Below, in pieces: positions 20,464-31,742 of a stretch of DNA of 64,000 nt; position 1 is the stretch's first letter; each line of letters begins with the position of its first letter. The notes below the pieces were generated by a model that worked only from the letters and a program-made list of their open reading frames with translations, was not told where the DNA came from and ran no database searches. The position numbers and the translations under genes were made by a program. This stretch comes from a virus, in IMG/VR virus record IMGVR_UViG_3300011443_000001; one strand, given 5' to 3'.

Positions 20464-21521
20464 AAAAACACAGTCGGCTGAATCGTGTTGTGCCCGGTCG
20501 CCGAGCCGGTGTAGCTGGGGGCATCTTCCATCGTGAACTGGCGACTCGTCACCAGTTGCGTGCCCGTCGAACCCAGCGAGGTGCCGCCCTGGCTACCGTT
20601 CGGGTTCGAGTGCGTCGTGCGACCCGTCTGCTGGTTAGGCGGCGTCGGAAGCGGGATACCCGCGTCCTGGATTTCCGTATCCGCGTCTTCCACGCGGAAG
20701 AAAACCAAATTCGCGTTTACGCTGCTGAGAAGAGTCGCGTGTCCGATTAAGTGCGTATGCTGCTCAACCTCCAAGGAGGTCAACACATGGGTTTCCTCGC
20801 CCGCGGTTTCTCCGGTCGCGCGCTGGGTGATGCCGCTAGGAACGGACGCCGCGTCTGCCGGAGACGCACCAAAATCCTTGGCCGCTTGACCAATCACTCG
20901 GCCCCGCTTGGATTCATCGTTCGCGTAAAGCAGCGACCATCCCGGGTTCGTTGCCAGCGCCACCGAGAGCGTGGGCGCCGTCACAGCTTTCACATCCCCG
21001 GGGGAGCCAGACACCGTGCGCCATGCGCTTCGTTCCCAATGAATCAGAACATTGATGTCCGTATCAAAATATGTCTCGAGGTCCACCGGGTTGCTCGGCC
21101 GGTTCACCGTGTTGCCGCTGTTCGGAACGCCGGGCGCTGCCTCCCATGAATTGCCGTCCCAGCCATACCAGCCCAGGGGTCGCGTGCCTACGGTGCGAAA
21201 CCAGATGAGCGGGTCGTTGTTACCGGGCTGTCCGGGGTCGTTCGGACCGATAAACGCAAACGCGCTCAACGAATCCGAGATGTCCAGCGGGATATAGTGC
21301 CCGGTATTGATATCGAACACGTAGAGCTTGGTCCCGTTTTTGAACCACGGGCCAGAGTTGCTGGCCGGCTCCACATCGCCGATGACAAAAAAGTTGGTGC
21401 CGACGGGGGACTGGATGTCCATCCGCTCGAGCATGGCCGCGAAAAATTCCTGGGGCGTGCCTTCGAAGTCGGGCGGAATCTGCGACGCGACGATTACTAG
21501 ATTGGTCTTTTGAAGTGGCAT
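20442..21521 (-). CDS. Tail fibre/collar-type protein
   Basis: GEETHVLTSLEVEQHTH and GHNTIQPTVFL, typical tail-collar/short-fibre motifs. Confidence 0.7.
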   Translation of the reverse strand: MPLQKTNLVIVASQIPPDFEGTPQEFFAAMLERMDIQSPVGTNFFVIGDVEPASNSGPWFKNGTKLYVFDINTGHYIPLDISDSLSAFAFIGPNDPGQPGNNDPLIWFRTVGTRPLGWYGWDGNSWEAAPGVPNSGNTVNRPSNPVDLETYFDTDINVLIHWERSAWRTVSGSPGDVKAVTAPTLSVALATNPGWSLLYANDESKRGRVIGQAAKDFGASPADAASVPSGITQRATGETAGEETHVLTSLEVEQHTHLIGHATLLSSVNANLVFFRVEDADTEIQDAGIPLPTPPNQQTGRTTHSNPNGSQGGTSLGSTGTQLVTSRQFTMEDAPSYTGSATGHNTIQPTVFLWHLTKN

Positions 21522-21524
21522 ACG

Positions 21525-21860
21525 TTATGGGCGGCGCTCCAGCACCTCAACTCGGGTTTCCAGCGCCTTGAGGCGCTCACTCAGCGAAAACGTAAGTGCG
21601 AGCAAGAGCTGCACCGGATTTTCAAGATACAGGGCCAGGGCATCGCCGTCCCCAGAGTCCACCAGCGCGGTGAATGTTTTTACGGCGTCCTCGGTCACGA
21701 TTACGAACGTGGACCCATCGCGCTTTCGGAAGTCGCGCGCGAATGCGTCCACCACCTTCGCCATGTTCTGATGAGCATCGCCGGGCGTCGGGCGTTTTGG
21801 GGGGTTCGCAGGACCGCCCGCGCCGCCTTGCCCGCCGCCAGGATTATTAGGATTCGCCAT
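21525..21860 (-). CDS. Hypothetical protein with C-terminal coiled coil
   Basis: 111-aa ORF in tail module. Confidence 0.6.
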   Translation of the reverse strand: MANPNNPGGGQGGAGGPANPPKRPTPGDAHQNMAKVVDAFARDFRKRDGSTFVIVTEDAVKTFTALVDSGDGDALALYLENPVQLLLALTFSLSERLKALETRVEVLERRP

Positions 21861-21865
21861 AAACT

Positions 21866-22285
21866 TTATTCGCAGAGCGGCACCACGACCGCCAAAGGTT
21901 CTGACGGATTCGACAAACCAAACTCGCCGAACGCCGACACTTGATAGTAATAGGAGGCACCCGCCACCACATCTTCCGCAAACGCGGGATTCTCTACCGA
22001 CTGCACATACAAAAATGGTCCGGCCGGATTGTCGGCCACAAGCACGTTATACCCCAGCGCGCCAGGAACCGGATTCCAGGTCAACGTCACCGTTCGCGGG
22101 CATTCACTCACTACAGCTTGCAAATTCGTCGGTCCATCCGGCGCGATAATCGGCAGGAACGCCGACACGGACGTTCCGGTCCCGCTCCCGCTCTCTGACG
22201 GCCCCAGTTGGCAAATCAACGGCGACCGGTAGTTGATTCGCAGTTCCCGGCGGGTAATTCCCCGCAGTGCATCGAACTGAATCAC
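21866..22285 (-). CDS. Fibronectin type III domain protein
   Basis: PTNLQA...VTLTWNPVPGALGYNV...YYYQVSA. Confidence 0.8.
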   Translation of the reverse strand: MIQFDALRGITRRELRINYRSPLICQLGPSESGSGTGTSVSAFLPIIAPDGPTNLQAVVSECPRTVTLTWNPVPGALGYNVLVADNPAGPFLYVQSVENPAFAEDVVAGASYYYQVSAFGEFGLSNPSEPLAVVVPLCE

Positions 22286-24249
22286 AGTCCGGTCCCGGTC
22301 GAAGCGATGAGAGGCAAGGCCAGCTCAAGCTGGCGTGCCGCTTTTCGCCGCGCAGTCGTTCGCGCGATTTTATCCGCATCGTCTTGGCTGATGACAGACT
22401 CGCCATATCCGGTGCCGACTTCAGTCAAACCCTGCTCAGTCAACGTCACCGTCTGGTTGCTCGTGAATAGCGGGATGTTTTCATTTAATTCTTCGATTGA
22501 ATCGGACGCCGCGCCGTCGAACCGAACAAAATTCTGCGCCGGTCCTTCGTCTTCTTCACACCGTCCCGACAACTCTTTATTCGGGCCGACTGCACCCGGG
22601 GTTCCAGGAGCCGGCTCCACGTATAAACGAATTCCACGAACAGCACCAGGACCAGAGCCAACAATGAGCAGTTGAAAAGATTCATCCAAAAAATCCAGAT
22701 TAAAGGATTCCACCTCACACGCGGACAAGTCCTCTTCTGAGGCCAGCTTCCAGGCATCCTGCGTTCGCAGTGGCCGCGTCTGTTTCTTGAACGCGAACAT
22801 TTTTTGGTCGCTGGTAATCGGGTGACCAACTCGAATCGAACCGCGAGGCGATTCAATTCGCTTCGTCATGATTCGTTTGTATCGTCCACGATAAGGACCC
22901 GCCCAGAATACCGCAAAATCATCCAGCCCCGCAAGCTCCGACAGATAAATGTCCGCATACCGCATGGTTTTGTCTTCCAGCGGAACGTTGAATGAGTAGG
23001 CCCGCGTCTCGACATACCACGTAATCGGGCATCCGTCGTCCAGGCGGTCCGGCGAAAAGGCTTCCCACAGTCGGTTCTGTCCGTCGAAGTCCACGCTCGC
23101 AAAAAAGATTCGGTTCGTCCCGGCGAAAAGACCCTCGAACCACTCAACAGGACGGGTTCCCGTCCACACGGAGTTCCACGCGAAGGGCGCCTGTTGATTT
23201 TTCTTCTGCCACGTAGCGCCGTCCAACACCCAGGTGTGGACGTTGTATCGGTCACAGTAAGGGACCGACACCAGCAAATAATTCTCGAAGGACCCGCACG
23301 CAACCCCGTGCAGGTCTTCTCCCAGGCGGGACTTGCTGTCCGTCATTTCGTTGTCCTCATACGGCGTCGCCGAAGACTGCCGAGTGAGCATGGCCGAATT
23401 GACATTCGTGAGGCCGCTAGACGAATACCACCACAGCAGCCCGTGCATAAGAATAACGGAACGCTGGGACACGCATCCCACTTCAGGGAACTGAACAAAC
23501 TGAAAGTTCGGGACGTTATACCACGTCGCGCGGTCCCGGATTCCCGATTGAATCAGAGTCGTGGTATCCTGGGTGAAAACAAAGAGCTGAGCCAGTTCCG
23601 CGTTTGCCGTCGGTTCCGCCAGCGCCGTAATCTCTCCCGGAAGGGTAAACGACTCGAAGGTGGCGAAGTATTGGGGTTCGAGGAAGTGCCGGGGGTCATA
23701 AATGTCCGATGCGAAAAGCTTGGCGCCCTGAGCAACCCACAGCCGGTCGCCAGACCACGCCATCGGGCCACCAAGTTTGATATTTTCGTCGTGAACCGCG
23801 TTAAAGCCGTCGAACACCGCCGGCGCGGTCAGCCCGCCATCCTGGATGATTACCAGATTGATTGGCGGAACCAGACGGAGGCTGCCGTCGTCGTTGCGCG
23901 TCACGGCCTGTTCTGCCTGGACGAAGAAAAGTTGCCGAGCGGTCGGGGAAAACTGAACCGCGAGCTGACGAAAATCTCGGAACGGGAATTCCGACAGATA
24001 CACGTTCCCGTCAACCGCAAAGACGATTGATTCCAGTCCGACTTTCGGACGGAACACAATCCCACCTTGCAGATTTCCGAGCGGCATCACAAATTTGCAG
24101 CGGTATCCGGGCCGGCACTGGACTACCCCGCCGCGGTTCACCGTGTTCATGCTGCGCGCATAAAATCCAGGGACCAACTGCGAGGGGTCGGTCATGGAAT
24201 CCATGCCCCCTAGAAAGGTCAGCTCCCCGTCCTCTGCGCGCGGCGTCAC
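22282..24249 (-). CDS. Tail tube/nozzle protein (T7 gp12 / P22 gp10-like role)
   Basis: 655 aa beta-propeller-like, size and position typical of podophage nozzle. Confidence 0.65.
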   Translation of the reverse strand: MTPRAEDGELTFLGGMDSMTDPSQLVPGFYARSMNTVNRGGVVQCRPGYRCKFVMPLGNLQGGIVFRPKVGLESIVFAVDGNVYLSEFPFRDFRQLAVQFSPTARQLFFVQAEQAVTRNDDGSLRLVPPINLVIIQDGGLTAPAVFDGFNAVHDENIKLGGPMAWSGDRLWVAQGAKLFASDIYDPRHFLEPQYFATFESFTLPGEITALAEPTANAELAQLFVFTQDTTTLIQSGIRDRATWYNVPNFQFVQFPEVGCVSQRSVILMHGLLWWYSSSGLTNVNSAMLTRQSSATPYEDNEMTDSKSRLGEDLHGVACGSFENYLLVSVPYCDRYNVHTWVLDGATWQKKNQQAPFAWNSVWTGTRPVEWFEGLFAGTNRIFFASVDFDGQNRLWEAFSPDRLDDGCPITWYVETRAYSFNVPLEDKTMRYADIYLSELAGLDDFAVFWAGPYRGRYKRIMTKRIESPRGSIRVGHPITSDQKMFAFKKQTRPLRTQDAWKLASEEDLSACEVESFNLDFLDESFQLLIVGSGPGAVRGIRLYVEPAPGTPGAVGPNKELSGRCEEDEGPAQNFVRFDGAASDSIEELNENIPLFTSNQTVTLTEQGLTEVGTGYGESVISQDDADKIARTTARRKAARQLELALPLIASTGTGL

Positions 24250-24257
24250 TTATTTGA

Positions 24258-24476
24258 TTATCCCAGTGGACCGTTGGCGGGCCAGCTCCACGGACAAATG
24301 TGTTTGTCGTGGTATTTGGCGCGCTCGGCACGGTCCTTTTCCTCCAACTTCGGGTCGGAGTAGTCGAAGATATCCTGCGGCGCGGGCACCTGGGCGTTCG
24401 TCTTCGCGTTCTCAGTCGAGCCGCTGGACGGACCCATGCCCTTGTCTTGTTTCACGTTCTTCATATCAGTTAACAT
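24258..24476 (-). CDS. Small hypothetical protein
   Basis: Fills gap between tail genes; start 24476 or 24464. Confidence 0.5.
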   Translation of the reverse strand: MLTDMKNVKQDKGMGPSSGSTENAKTNAQVPAPQDIFDYSDPKLEEKDRAERAKYHDKHICPWSWPANGPLG

Positions 24477-25413
24477 CCCAGTCATCTTTTTGCACGATGC
24501 TATTGCGGTCTTCCACCTGCATCGGCAGCGCATTCGGACTGGTCAACGCGCCTTCCTGTTCCGTCAAAATTCGCGAGGCGTGCGCCTCGAACTGCATCCC
24601 GTTTGCCACATCGGAGTCCAGATAAAACTTCACTGCCTTCATGGCCATCACGAGAGCGAACCGACTGTGCAGCAAAATCCGCGTGTTCAGGCTCGTAATC
24701 TCGAAAGACTTCTTCCGATAAACAATTCGGACCCACGGGCAGCCGCGAGAAATTTTGATGCGACGATACCGCGGATGAGTTTCATCCGGGTCGTAAATCC
24801 CGATTAGCGTTCCCGAGCTGGACGAACTATCAAAAGTCGAAAGTCTGATAATTCCGTCCGACGGCTCTTTGACGATGTCGGTGATGCGCCCAACGGTCGG
24901 GTCCGACGCCGCCGGCACCGCGTATCCATAAATCGTCGGGACGAGCAAACCCTCTTCCCACACGCCGTCAACGAGCGTCTGAAGCGGTTTGTTCTGCTTG
25001 TCGAATCCAAACACACGGAGTTTCTTCCCGCTGTCCGAGGGCTTGTCCACAAACGCAATCAACTTGCCCGGACAAATGATGTCCTTGTAGGTCACCGCGG
25101 GCAGCTCGTCGAACCAGGAATAATCACATCGACCTTTGCAGTCCCCCGGCCCATTCAGGTGCCAGGAGAAAAGTTCGTTGTGCCCCAGCGCCGGGCGACC
25201 GGCAAGATTCACGCCGAAGACCGTTTCAACTTCGCGCGGGAGCGTGACGCACTTATTTTGAACGCAGATATCGAGCGCGCCAACCAGAGGGTCAATGTCA
25301 CCCTTGTTGGCGAGCATCCGAATCGCGTCGGTCATGTATCGGAACAGCTTTTCCTCGCGGCAAATTCCGAAGATGTCCTTGGCGTCATCAAAAATGTCTT
25401 TGGCCTGAAACAT
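24466..25413 (-). CDS. Putative head-tail adaptor/tail tubular protein
   Basis: 315 aa, position upstream of nozzle-like gene. Confidence 0.55.
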   Translation of the reverse strand: MFQAKDIFDDAKDIFGICREEKLFRYMTDAIRMLANKGDIDPLVGALDICVQNKCVTLPREVETVFGVNLAGRPALGHNELFSWHLNGPGDCKGRCDYSWFDELPAVTYKDIICPGKLIAFVDKPSDSGKKLRVFGFDKQNKPLQTLVDGVWEEGLLVPTIYGYAVPAASDPTVGRITDIVKEPSDGIIRLSTFDSSSSSGTLIGIYDPDETHPRYRRIKISRGCPWVRIVYRKKSFEITSLNTRILLHSRFALVMAMKAVKFYLDSDVANGMQFEAHASRILTEQEGALTSPNALPMQVEDRNSIVQKDDWDVN

Positions 25414-25745
25414 CAATACCCCTCATCGGACTCCGACATCTTGTCCTTCATGTGGCGGTCCAAGGCGTCAGAGCCAGATTCCTCTTTTTCGTCTTCCTCG
25501 ACTTCGCTCTCTTCGACCGCCGTAATGGCCTTGATTTCCAGGTCCACCGTATACCGAGTCTTGCCGCCGGGCTGTTTGGACTTGTTCTCACCCGTCTTGC
25601 GGAAGGTAACGGTCAGCTCCCCAGACTCCGGCAAATTGTAATCCGTTGGCCACTCCAGGTGCAGGTTCGGATACATCTTTTTGTCCATTGACGCGGAGCT
25701 TGGCCCCATGTCCATTTTGTAACCCAAATCCATCGGCATTTTCAT
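25413..25745 (-). CDS. Hypothetical acidic protein
   Basis: First gene after promoter-like motif at 25755-25780. Confidence 0.65.
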   Translation of the reverse strand: MKMPMDLGYKMDMGPSSASMDKKMYPNLHLEWPTDYNLPESGELTVTFRKTGENKSKQPGGKTRYTVDLEIKAITAVEESEVEEDEKEESGSDALDRHMKDKMSESDEGY

Positions 25746-25754
25746 CGTGTAAGA

Positions 25755-25776
25755 AGTGTTGATTTACAGCCGTTTG

Positions 25777-25780
<4 letters not shown>
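25755..25780 (-). promoter_or_regulatory. Short-spacer motif TTGACA-N14-AACACT-TCTT
   Basis: Upstream of tail operon. Confidence 0.7.
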
Positions 25781-26991
<1,211 letters not shown>

Positions 26992-26994
26992 ATA

Positions 26995-28125
26995 TCAGTA
27001 AACTTTGTGAACCGCCATGCCGCAGATTTCCAGCGGATGAGCGCCATCCCAGCGGACGTTCAGAGTGTCAAAAGCTCCCGTAGACTCATCAAAGCTAATG
27101 GTGTTCGTAACCGCCCCCGACCCCGAGCCGGCCACCGTCACAATCGTGTCGTCCGAGGCCACCGCAGAGGTGTTCGCGCTATCCATAATCGTATGCAGCA
27201 ACGCACGCTTGCTCAGCGAAAACTCCGCGTTGGTTACGTTCGTCGAACGCATACCCCACTCATAATTCACGGCCGTGCCTGCCGTCGCGAAGACTGGACG
27301 CCGAACCTCCAGGAACATAATCGTGCGCAGAGCTTCCGTGGACCCAAATCTCCGACCATCCGACCCAGCTCCACCGCCCTGGTCAGTCGGGGCTCCAGCA
27401 CCTCGTTTGGTAACGAATCGTGTGCTGACGCTCTGCGCAAAAAAGTCTGTGGTCGTGCCGTTCACGAACGCCCACGAGTTCACGTTCACCGGGTCAAAAT
27501 AAATCCCGATGGCGTTGTCCGTGGTCCCGCCGAACGGATTGGTCGTGCCGCTGCACAGACCGATGAATCCGTTTCCGGTAAAAGTCGTGGCACCGTTGAC
27601 GCGAAGAAGGAGAGCGATGCGCAGCCGGTGCCAATCGCCGCCGACGTAAAGCTTCCGGGCGAATTCTCCGGCAGACAAACTAAGACGCCGCTCCGTGCGA
27701 CTGTTGGCGATATTTCGCTGCACAATTGTTCCACCGGACACCACTCCGGCAGCATCCCAACCAAACCCGCCTGCCGGCGCGACAATCGCGCCCGCGTCGT
27801 ATTCCTCAAACAAATCCACAGACAATCCGTCGGGATGAACCCACTCATCCGAGCTATTTGCGCCGGCGGGACCAGTCGGCCCGGTTGCGCCCGTCACGCC
27901 GGCCGCGCCAGCCGAACCAGTCGGGCCGGTGGGACCCGTCGCGCCATCCACACCGTTCAATCCCGGCAGTCCTTGCGGACCCGCGGGACCAGTCGCGCCG
28001 AGCTTGTCGGGCGCAATTTTCTTCGTGATGTAGGGCTTCTCAGACCCCGGCGGCTGCTGCTCAGCAATGAACAGCCACCCCTCCGGGTTAGCCTCAGCCC
28101 CGTTTACGTAATCAGAAACTTTCAT
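26995..28125 (-). CDS. Collagen-containing fibre/appendage protein, paralog A
   Basis: Short collagen then globular domain (RRLSL..GEF.RK...W.RLRI.LLLR.N). Confidence 0.8.
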   Translation of the reverse strand: MKVSDYVNGAEANPEGWLFIAEQQPPGSEKPYITKKIAPDKLGATGPAGPQGLPGLNGVDGATGPTGPTGSAGAAGVTGATGPTGPAGANSSDEWVHPDGLSVDLFEEYDAGAIVAPAGGFGWDAAGVVSGGTIVQRNIANSRTERRLSLSAGEFARKLYVGGDWHRLRIALLLRVNGATTFTGNGFIGLCSGTTNPFGGTTDNAIGIYFDPVNVNSWAFVNGTTTDFFAQSVSTRFVTKRGAGAPTDQGGGAGSDGRRFGSTEALRTIMFLEVRRPVFATAGTAVNYEWGMRSTNVTNAEFSLSKRALLHTIMDSANTSAVASDDTIVTVAGSGSGAVTNTISFDESTGAFDTLNVRWDGAHPLEICGMAVHKVY

Positions 28126-28334
28126 TCTCGCAAATCATCAATGATGGTTGAGCCGGTGGCTTCATCCAAAATCGGGAAGCCGTCCTCATCCTGTAGCACG
28201 TCAATCGTCTCATTCACGATGATGCGCGGTGGAAGCGTCCGCCCAGGTAAAATTTTCGTCGCGCCCCGCGGAAAACATGGACGAGACAAATCACCTTCGT
28301 CATCACGATGAAGAGGGAACGTGCAATCTTTCAT
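28122..28334 (-). CDS. Small hypothetical virion-associated protein
   Basis: Coupled ORF; [12 protein letters not shown] motif common in phage fibre-associated proteins. Confidence 0.6.
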   Translation of the reverse strand: MKDCTFPLHRDDEGDLSRPCFPRGATKILPGRTLPPRIIVNETIDVLQDEDGFPILDEATGSTIIDDLRE

Positions 28335-29494
28335 GCCAGTTGGATAAACATGATGCTCGAGCCATCCTGAAAAATGGTTTGCGGGGCCACCGCGCTATCC
28401 GAGGTCACATGAACATCGATAATCTCGTTCGGGCTGGACGTTGTGACAATCGCCCAGATATGGACGTAGTTACAATGGTCTGACCCTCCGGTATTCCACA
28501 TGATAACCTCAGGGTGCTCCCCGCCGGGAACGGGGGTCGCCGTCGTCTGGTTATTCAAATAGAAATCCCAGCTCAGGTTATTGCCGCTCCCCACATCGTT
28601 AAAACAGCGGAACCGCGCCAAAACAAAGTATGTCCCGACCGCCGGCAGCGTGACTTCCGGGTCGTCGATGCCGAAAGAAATTTTCTGGTCCACGTTCGTG
28701 ACCGCCATGTCCGTAGCACCGGTAATAGTAACCTGCCCGTTAGAATTGGTCGCCACCGAGCCCGCCGGACCCGTAGGACCCGTGGGACCGCCCGCGCCCG
28801 TCGGTCCGGTATTGCCTTGCGCGCCGGTAGGACCCTGGAGGCCCGGCGCACCCGTCGGACCGGTAATCGTAAGACCGCGGGGACCGCACGGCAGAGCAAT
28901 GGTCCCGGGAGTCGTCACCGCATTTGGCGACGGCACGGATTCGATGAGCTGCGCGAAGACAGAATTCGAAATTCGGCTCGTGACCATGTAGTAGCCCGAG
29001 CCCGGAATGAAAATCGTTTGGCCCGGCGTAATGGTGGGCGAGGGAACGATATTGAAATTAACGGTGCCGCCGGGCGACGGCTGCACGAACGCCGTCAGGA
29101 TAATAGTCCAGGCGTTCGCCCCGTTCTCGCCGGCGGCGCCGGCGGCGCCCGTCGGACCCTCCAGCCCATTGATACCGTCTCGGAACAGGCGGAGAAAATA
29201 ACACGCCAGCCCTTCCCCGTCCGCGCGCGGGTTGCCCGGCAGGCCGATGTCCAGGTTACAAGGCAGCAGCCACCGGACTTCTCCATCGATTTCCGTTTTG
29301 GTTACCGAACCAAAAAATGCGTCTACAAAGTTTTGGAGCGCGCTCGGGAGCGTCTCGCAGTCCGCCGTGTTGGGCGGGCATGCGCTGCACGGCGTGCGGC
29401 ACCCCGTCGCACAATTCGCCGGAAAAGTCTGGTTGCAATCTCCGCAATTGCCGCCCCCGCCGCAATCACAATTTCCGCAGTTATTGCAAGCCAT
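28331..29494 (-). CDS. Collagen-containing protein with Cys-rich N-terminus and BclA-like C-terminal beta domain
   Basis: 12 Cys in first 46 aa; GPT repeats; GTYFVLARF...SSIMFIQLA ending. Confidence 0.75.
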   Translation of the reverse strand: MACNNCGNCDCGGGGNCGDCNQTFPANCATGCRTPCSACPPNTADCETLPSALQNFVDAFFGSVTKTEIDGEVRWLLPCNLDIGLPGNPRADGEGLACYFLRLFRDGINGLEGPTGAAGAAGENGANAWTIILTAFVQPSPGGTVNFNIVPSPTITPGQTIFIPGSGYYMVTSRISNSVFAQLIESVPSPNAVTTPGTIALPCGPRGLTITGPTGAPGLQGPTGAQGNTGPTGAGGPTGPTGPAGSVATNSNGQVTITGATDMAVTNVDQKISFGIDDPEVTLPAVGTYFVLARFRCFNDVGSGNNLSWDFYLNNQTTATPVPGGEHPEVIMWNTGGSDHCNYVHIWAIVTTSSPNEIIDVHVTSDSAVAPQTIFQDGSSIMFIQLA

Positions 29495-29497
29495 AAT

Positions 29498-30049
29498 TTA
29501 ATGTTGCGTCCGGTCATCGATGCCGTCCTTGTTGGCGTCAACGAACCCTTGGAGTTTTCCGTGTCGGTGCGAGAACCAGTAGAGGACAATCGCCCCGACA
29601 CCCGCGCCGAGAATCAAAATCTCGTTCCCAACAATTAAACTCGGGAGCACAATCATCCCAAGACCAGCCGCCACGATGATGACACTGGTCGTCACGCTCC
29701 CGACAATCGCCCGCAGGTAGGGATGAAAGCTCGCGATGCCGAAAAGCAGCACAAAGATTCCCACCCACATCACGGGGCGGAGAGCGCCGAGCTTCGCGAC
29801 CATCTCGCGCGCCACGTCCTTCTGGGCCGCGCCGATTTTCGTGTGGACCTCTTCGACAACGATACCCGTTTTCGGGTCAACCGTGCGCTTGTAGTCCTGC
29901 ACCGTGTCCGTCTTCGGGTTTTCCGATTGGACCACGGAGACAGAGGAGCCGTCCGGCCGCACAAACGAAGACGCACCGGGCTTCAACGGCAGGATACCGC
30001 ACCCGGCCAACAGAACAAGAGCGAAAGCCACTGAAAGTAATTTCATCAT
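29498..30049 (-). CDS. Lipoprotein with C-terminal transmembrane helices (unimolecular-spanin-like topology)
   Basis: Lipobox LLAG-C; hydrophobic helices near C-terminus. Confidence 0.6.
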   Translation of the reverse strand: MMKLLSVAFALVLLAGCGILPLKPGASSFVRPDGSSVSVVQSENPKTDTVQDYKRTVDPKTGIVVEEVHTKIGAAQKDVAREMVAKLGALRPVMWVGIFVLLFGIASFHPYLRAIVGSVTTSVIIVAAGLGMIVLPSLIVGNEILILGAGVGAIVLYWFSHRHGKLQGFVDANKDGIDDRTQH

Positions 30050-30870
30050 GCGCCGATAAGCCCATGGCTGATTAAGTCGTCGAGCAACGCCTTAAGCCGT
30101 TGCGCCAACAACTCGGTCGTGACAGTCGCCGTATCGAACGACGTGCGAGTCGCGGTCCCCGTCGCCGCGGTCCACCCGGTTTTCCGAGACGAAACCACCT
30201 GCGTTCCGGACGACTTCACCGTCAGAACGTCCAAGGACGCGTAAGCACTATCGTCGCCCAGGCGGACCTGAACATCCGTCAGGGCACGCTTAAGAGCCGG
30301 GACGGTCACCAGCGCGTCTCCAAACGAAAGAAACGAGCCGGTAGCGGCCTTGTTTTGGAGTCGCAAAACCTCGGCGCCGAGCGCGGACCCGATAGGCGTA
30401 ACACGAAACTCCAGGTGCCCTCCCGCGTTGCCCCCAGACTGCGCTTGGTCCGTCTTTACAATCATGGTCACGTTGGACACGTAGGCCGCGCCATTCCAGG
30501 ATTGCCATGCGAGATTTCCGACTTCCGCACCAGACGCGACCGCCGCGTTTACATCGCCGGTCGCCCCGCGCTTGCGGAAAAATGAGGTATACGCAAAGTT
30601 AGTGGCCGAGTCAATCGTGTTCAGCAAAATGCCACCGGTGTTTGCCGTGACCATGCCGCCTACAACCAACGCGCCGGTCATCGTGTCGCCGGACTTCAAA
30701 ACATACCGAGCATCGGCCACCGCGGAAACATCGGCCTGTGTAAGCGTGATTGCACCGGTTCTCGCGTTAAAAGAAATCACGCCGGACGCAATCGCGCCGT
30801 CGAGCAGAAGACAAATCTTCTTTAACAGCGTGTTGTCCGTGTCGTTGATGCGTGGAGTCGTGTCGGGCAT
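30046..30870 (-). CDS. Putative fibre/spike protein
   Basis: SFNARTGAITLTQADV and YVLKSGDTMTGAL fibre motifs; QRLKALLDDLISHGLI end. Confidence 0.7.
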   Translation of the reverse strand: MPDTTPRINDTDNTLLKKICLLLDGAIASGVISFNARTGAITLTQADVSAVADARYVLKSGDTMTGALVVGGMVTANTGGILLNTIDSATNFAYTSFFRKRGATGDVNAAVASGAEVGNLAWQSWNGAAYVSNVTMIVKTDQAQSGGNAGGHLEFRVTPIGSALGAEVLRLQNKAATGSFLSFGDALVTVPALKRALTDVQVRLGDDSAYASLDVLTVKSSGTQVVSSRKTGWTAATGTATRTSFDTATVTTELLAQRLKALLDDLISHGLIGA

Positions 30871-30873
30871 AAA

Positions 30874-31020
30874 TCAGAACGTGTCGAGCAGTTGGGCAAT
30901 ACGAAAAAGAAGCATGTGGTCCGAGTCCCCAGGCTTTGCTTCCCCTCCAAGAATTTCCAGCCACTTTCCTAGCAGCGTGTTCTCAGAGTCTCCCCATTTA
31001 GGTGACGGGTCGGGATACAT
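30874..31020 (-). CDS. Small hypothetical protein (48 aa, not in ORF track)
   Basis: Hand-translated MYPDPSPKWGDSENTLLGKWLEILGGEAKPGDSDHMLLFRIAQLLDTF. Confidence 0.6.
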   Translation of the reverse strand: MYPDPSPKWGDSENTLLGKWLEILGGEAKPGDSDHMLLFRIAQLLDTF

Positions 31021-31224
31021 TTACGAGATGACGGGGCTGGCTTCCCGAATCAGATTCAGGATTGTCCCCAGCTCCGCGTAGTTCACGCGGCTCGCCGGCA
31101 CGCCCAGGGCGATAGCGCTCTTGCGAGCCAAATCCACATAATCATCGGCCGTGGTATAGTTAACACCAAGCGCCGCCTCGAGAATCGCCCCCGCGATATC
31201 TTTAGGGTCATTAAACGCGTTCAT
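31021..31224 (-). CDS. Small hypothetical protein
   Basis: Coupled 67-aa ORF. Confidence 0.55.
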   Translation of the reverse strand: MNAFNDPKDIAGAILEAALGVNYTTADDYVDLARKSAIALGVPASRVNYAELGTILNLIREASPVIS

Positions 31225-31487
31225 TGTTCTTTGTCCTTGTTCTTTTCGCGATGAAGTGCTTGAGCCTTACGGAAAATGTAGAGGGTCGTCACCGCTGCGA
31301 CCGCTACCTGTCCGACCAACACGAGCACGCCCAAGACGGACGTGGCCGAGTCGATAAAAACGTTTGCCAGGGGAGAGCCGAATCCGATAACTGCGGCCCC
31401 ATAAACCTTGAAGTTGTCGAACACAGCAAAAAAGGTTGAAGGGGAGGTTTGAGCCTCCCCTTCAAATTGGTTACACGGGCTCGTCAA
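31221..31487 (-). CDS. Holin-like small membrane protein
   Basis: Two hydrophobic segments and a basic C-terminal tail. Confidence 0.5.
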   Translation of the reverse strand: MTSPCNQFEGEAQTSPSTFFAVFDNFKVYGAAVIGFGSPLANVFIDSATSVLGVLVLVGQVAVAAVTTLYIFRKAQALHREKNKDKEQ

Positions 31488-31668
31488 TGTCGAGCGCGGC
31501 GACCAAGGCGTTATCCCAGTCCGAGCTGGGGGCCTTGTCGGTGATGGGCGAACCGCCCGAAATGAGAATCGACTGCAACAGACTGGACACGGACTTCCCT
31601 TCCAACCCCGTTAGGTTGAGTGAATGTCCGAGAGCCAGCAGCGCAGTTTGAGCTTCAACGTAAGTCAT
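31471..31668 (-). CDS. Small hypothetical protein
   Basis: First ORF after capsid gene. Confidence 0.55.
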   Translation of the reverse strand: MTYVEAQTALLALGHSLNLTGLEGKSVSSLLQSILISGGSPITDKAPSSDWDNALVAALDIDEPV

Positions 31669-31698
31669 GATGTGATTTGGTTAAGGTTTGAATCCAGT

Positions 31699-31728
31699 CT
31701 GGTTGGCGGGGTTTCCCCCGCCAACCAG
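31699..31728 (-). terminator. Perfect 13-bp hairpin (GAAA loop on the transcribed strand) downstream of capsid gene; terminator/attenuator or RNA stabiliser
   Basis: ctggttggcgggg-tttc-ccccgccaaccag; no U-tract, so function uncertain. Confidence 0.5.
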
Positions 31729-31742
31729 CCTACAGACCATCC

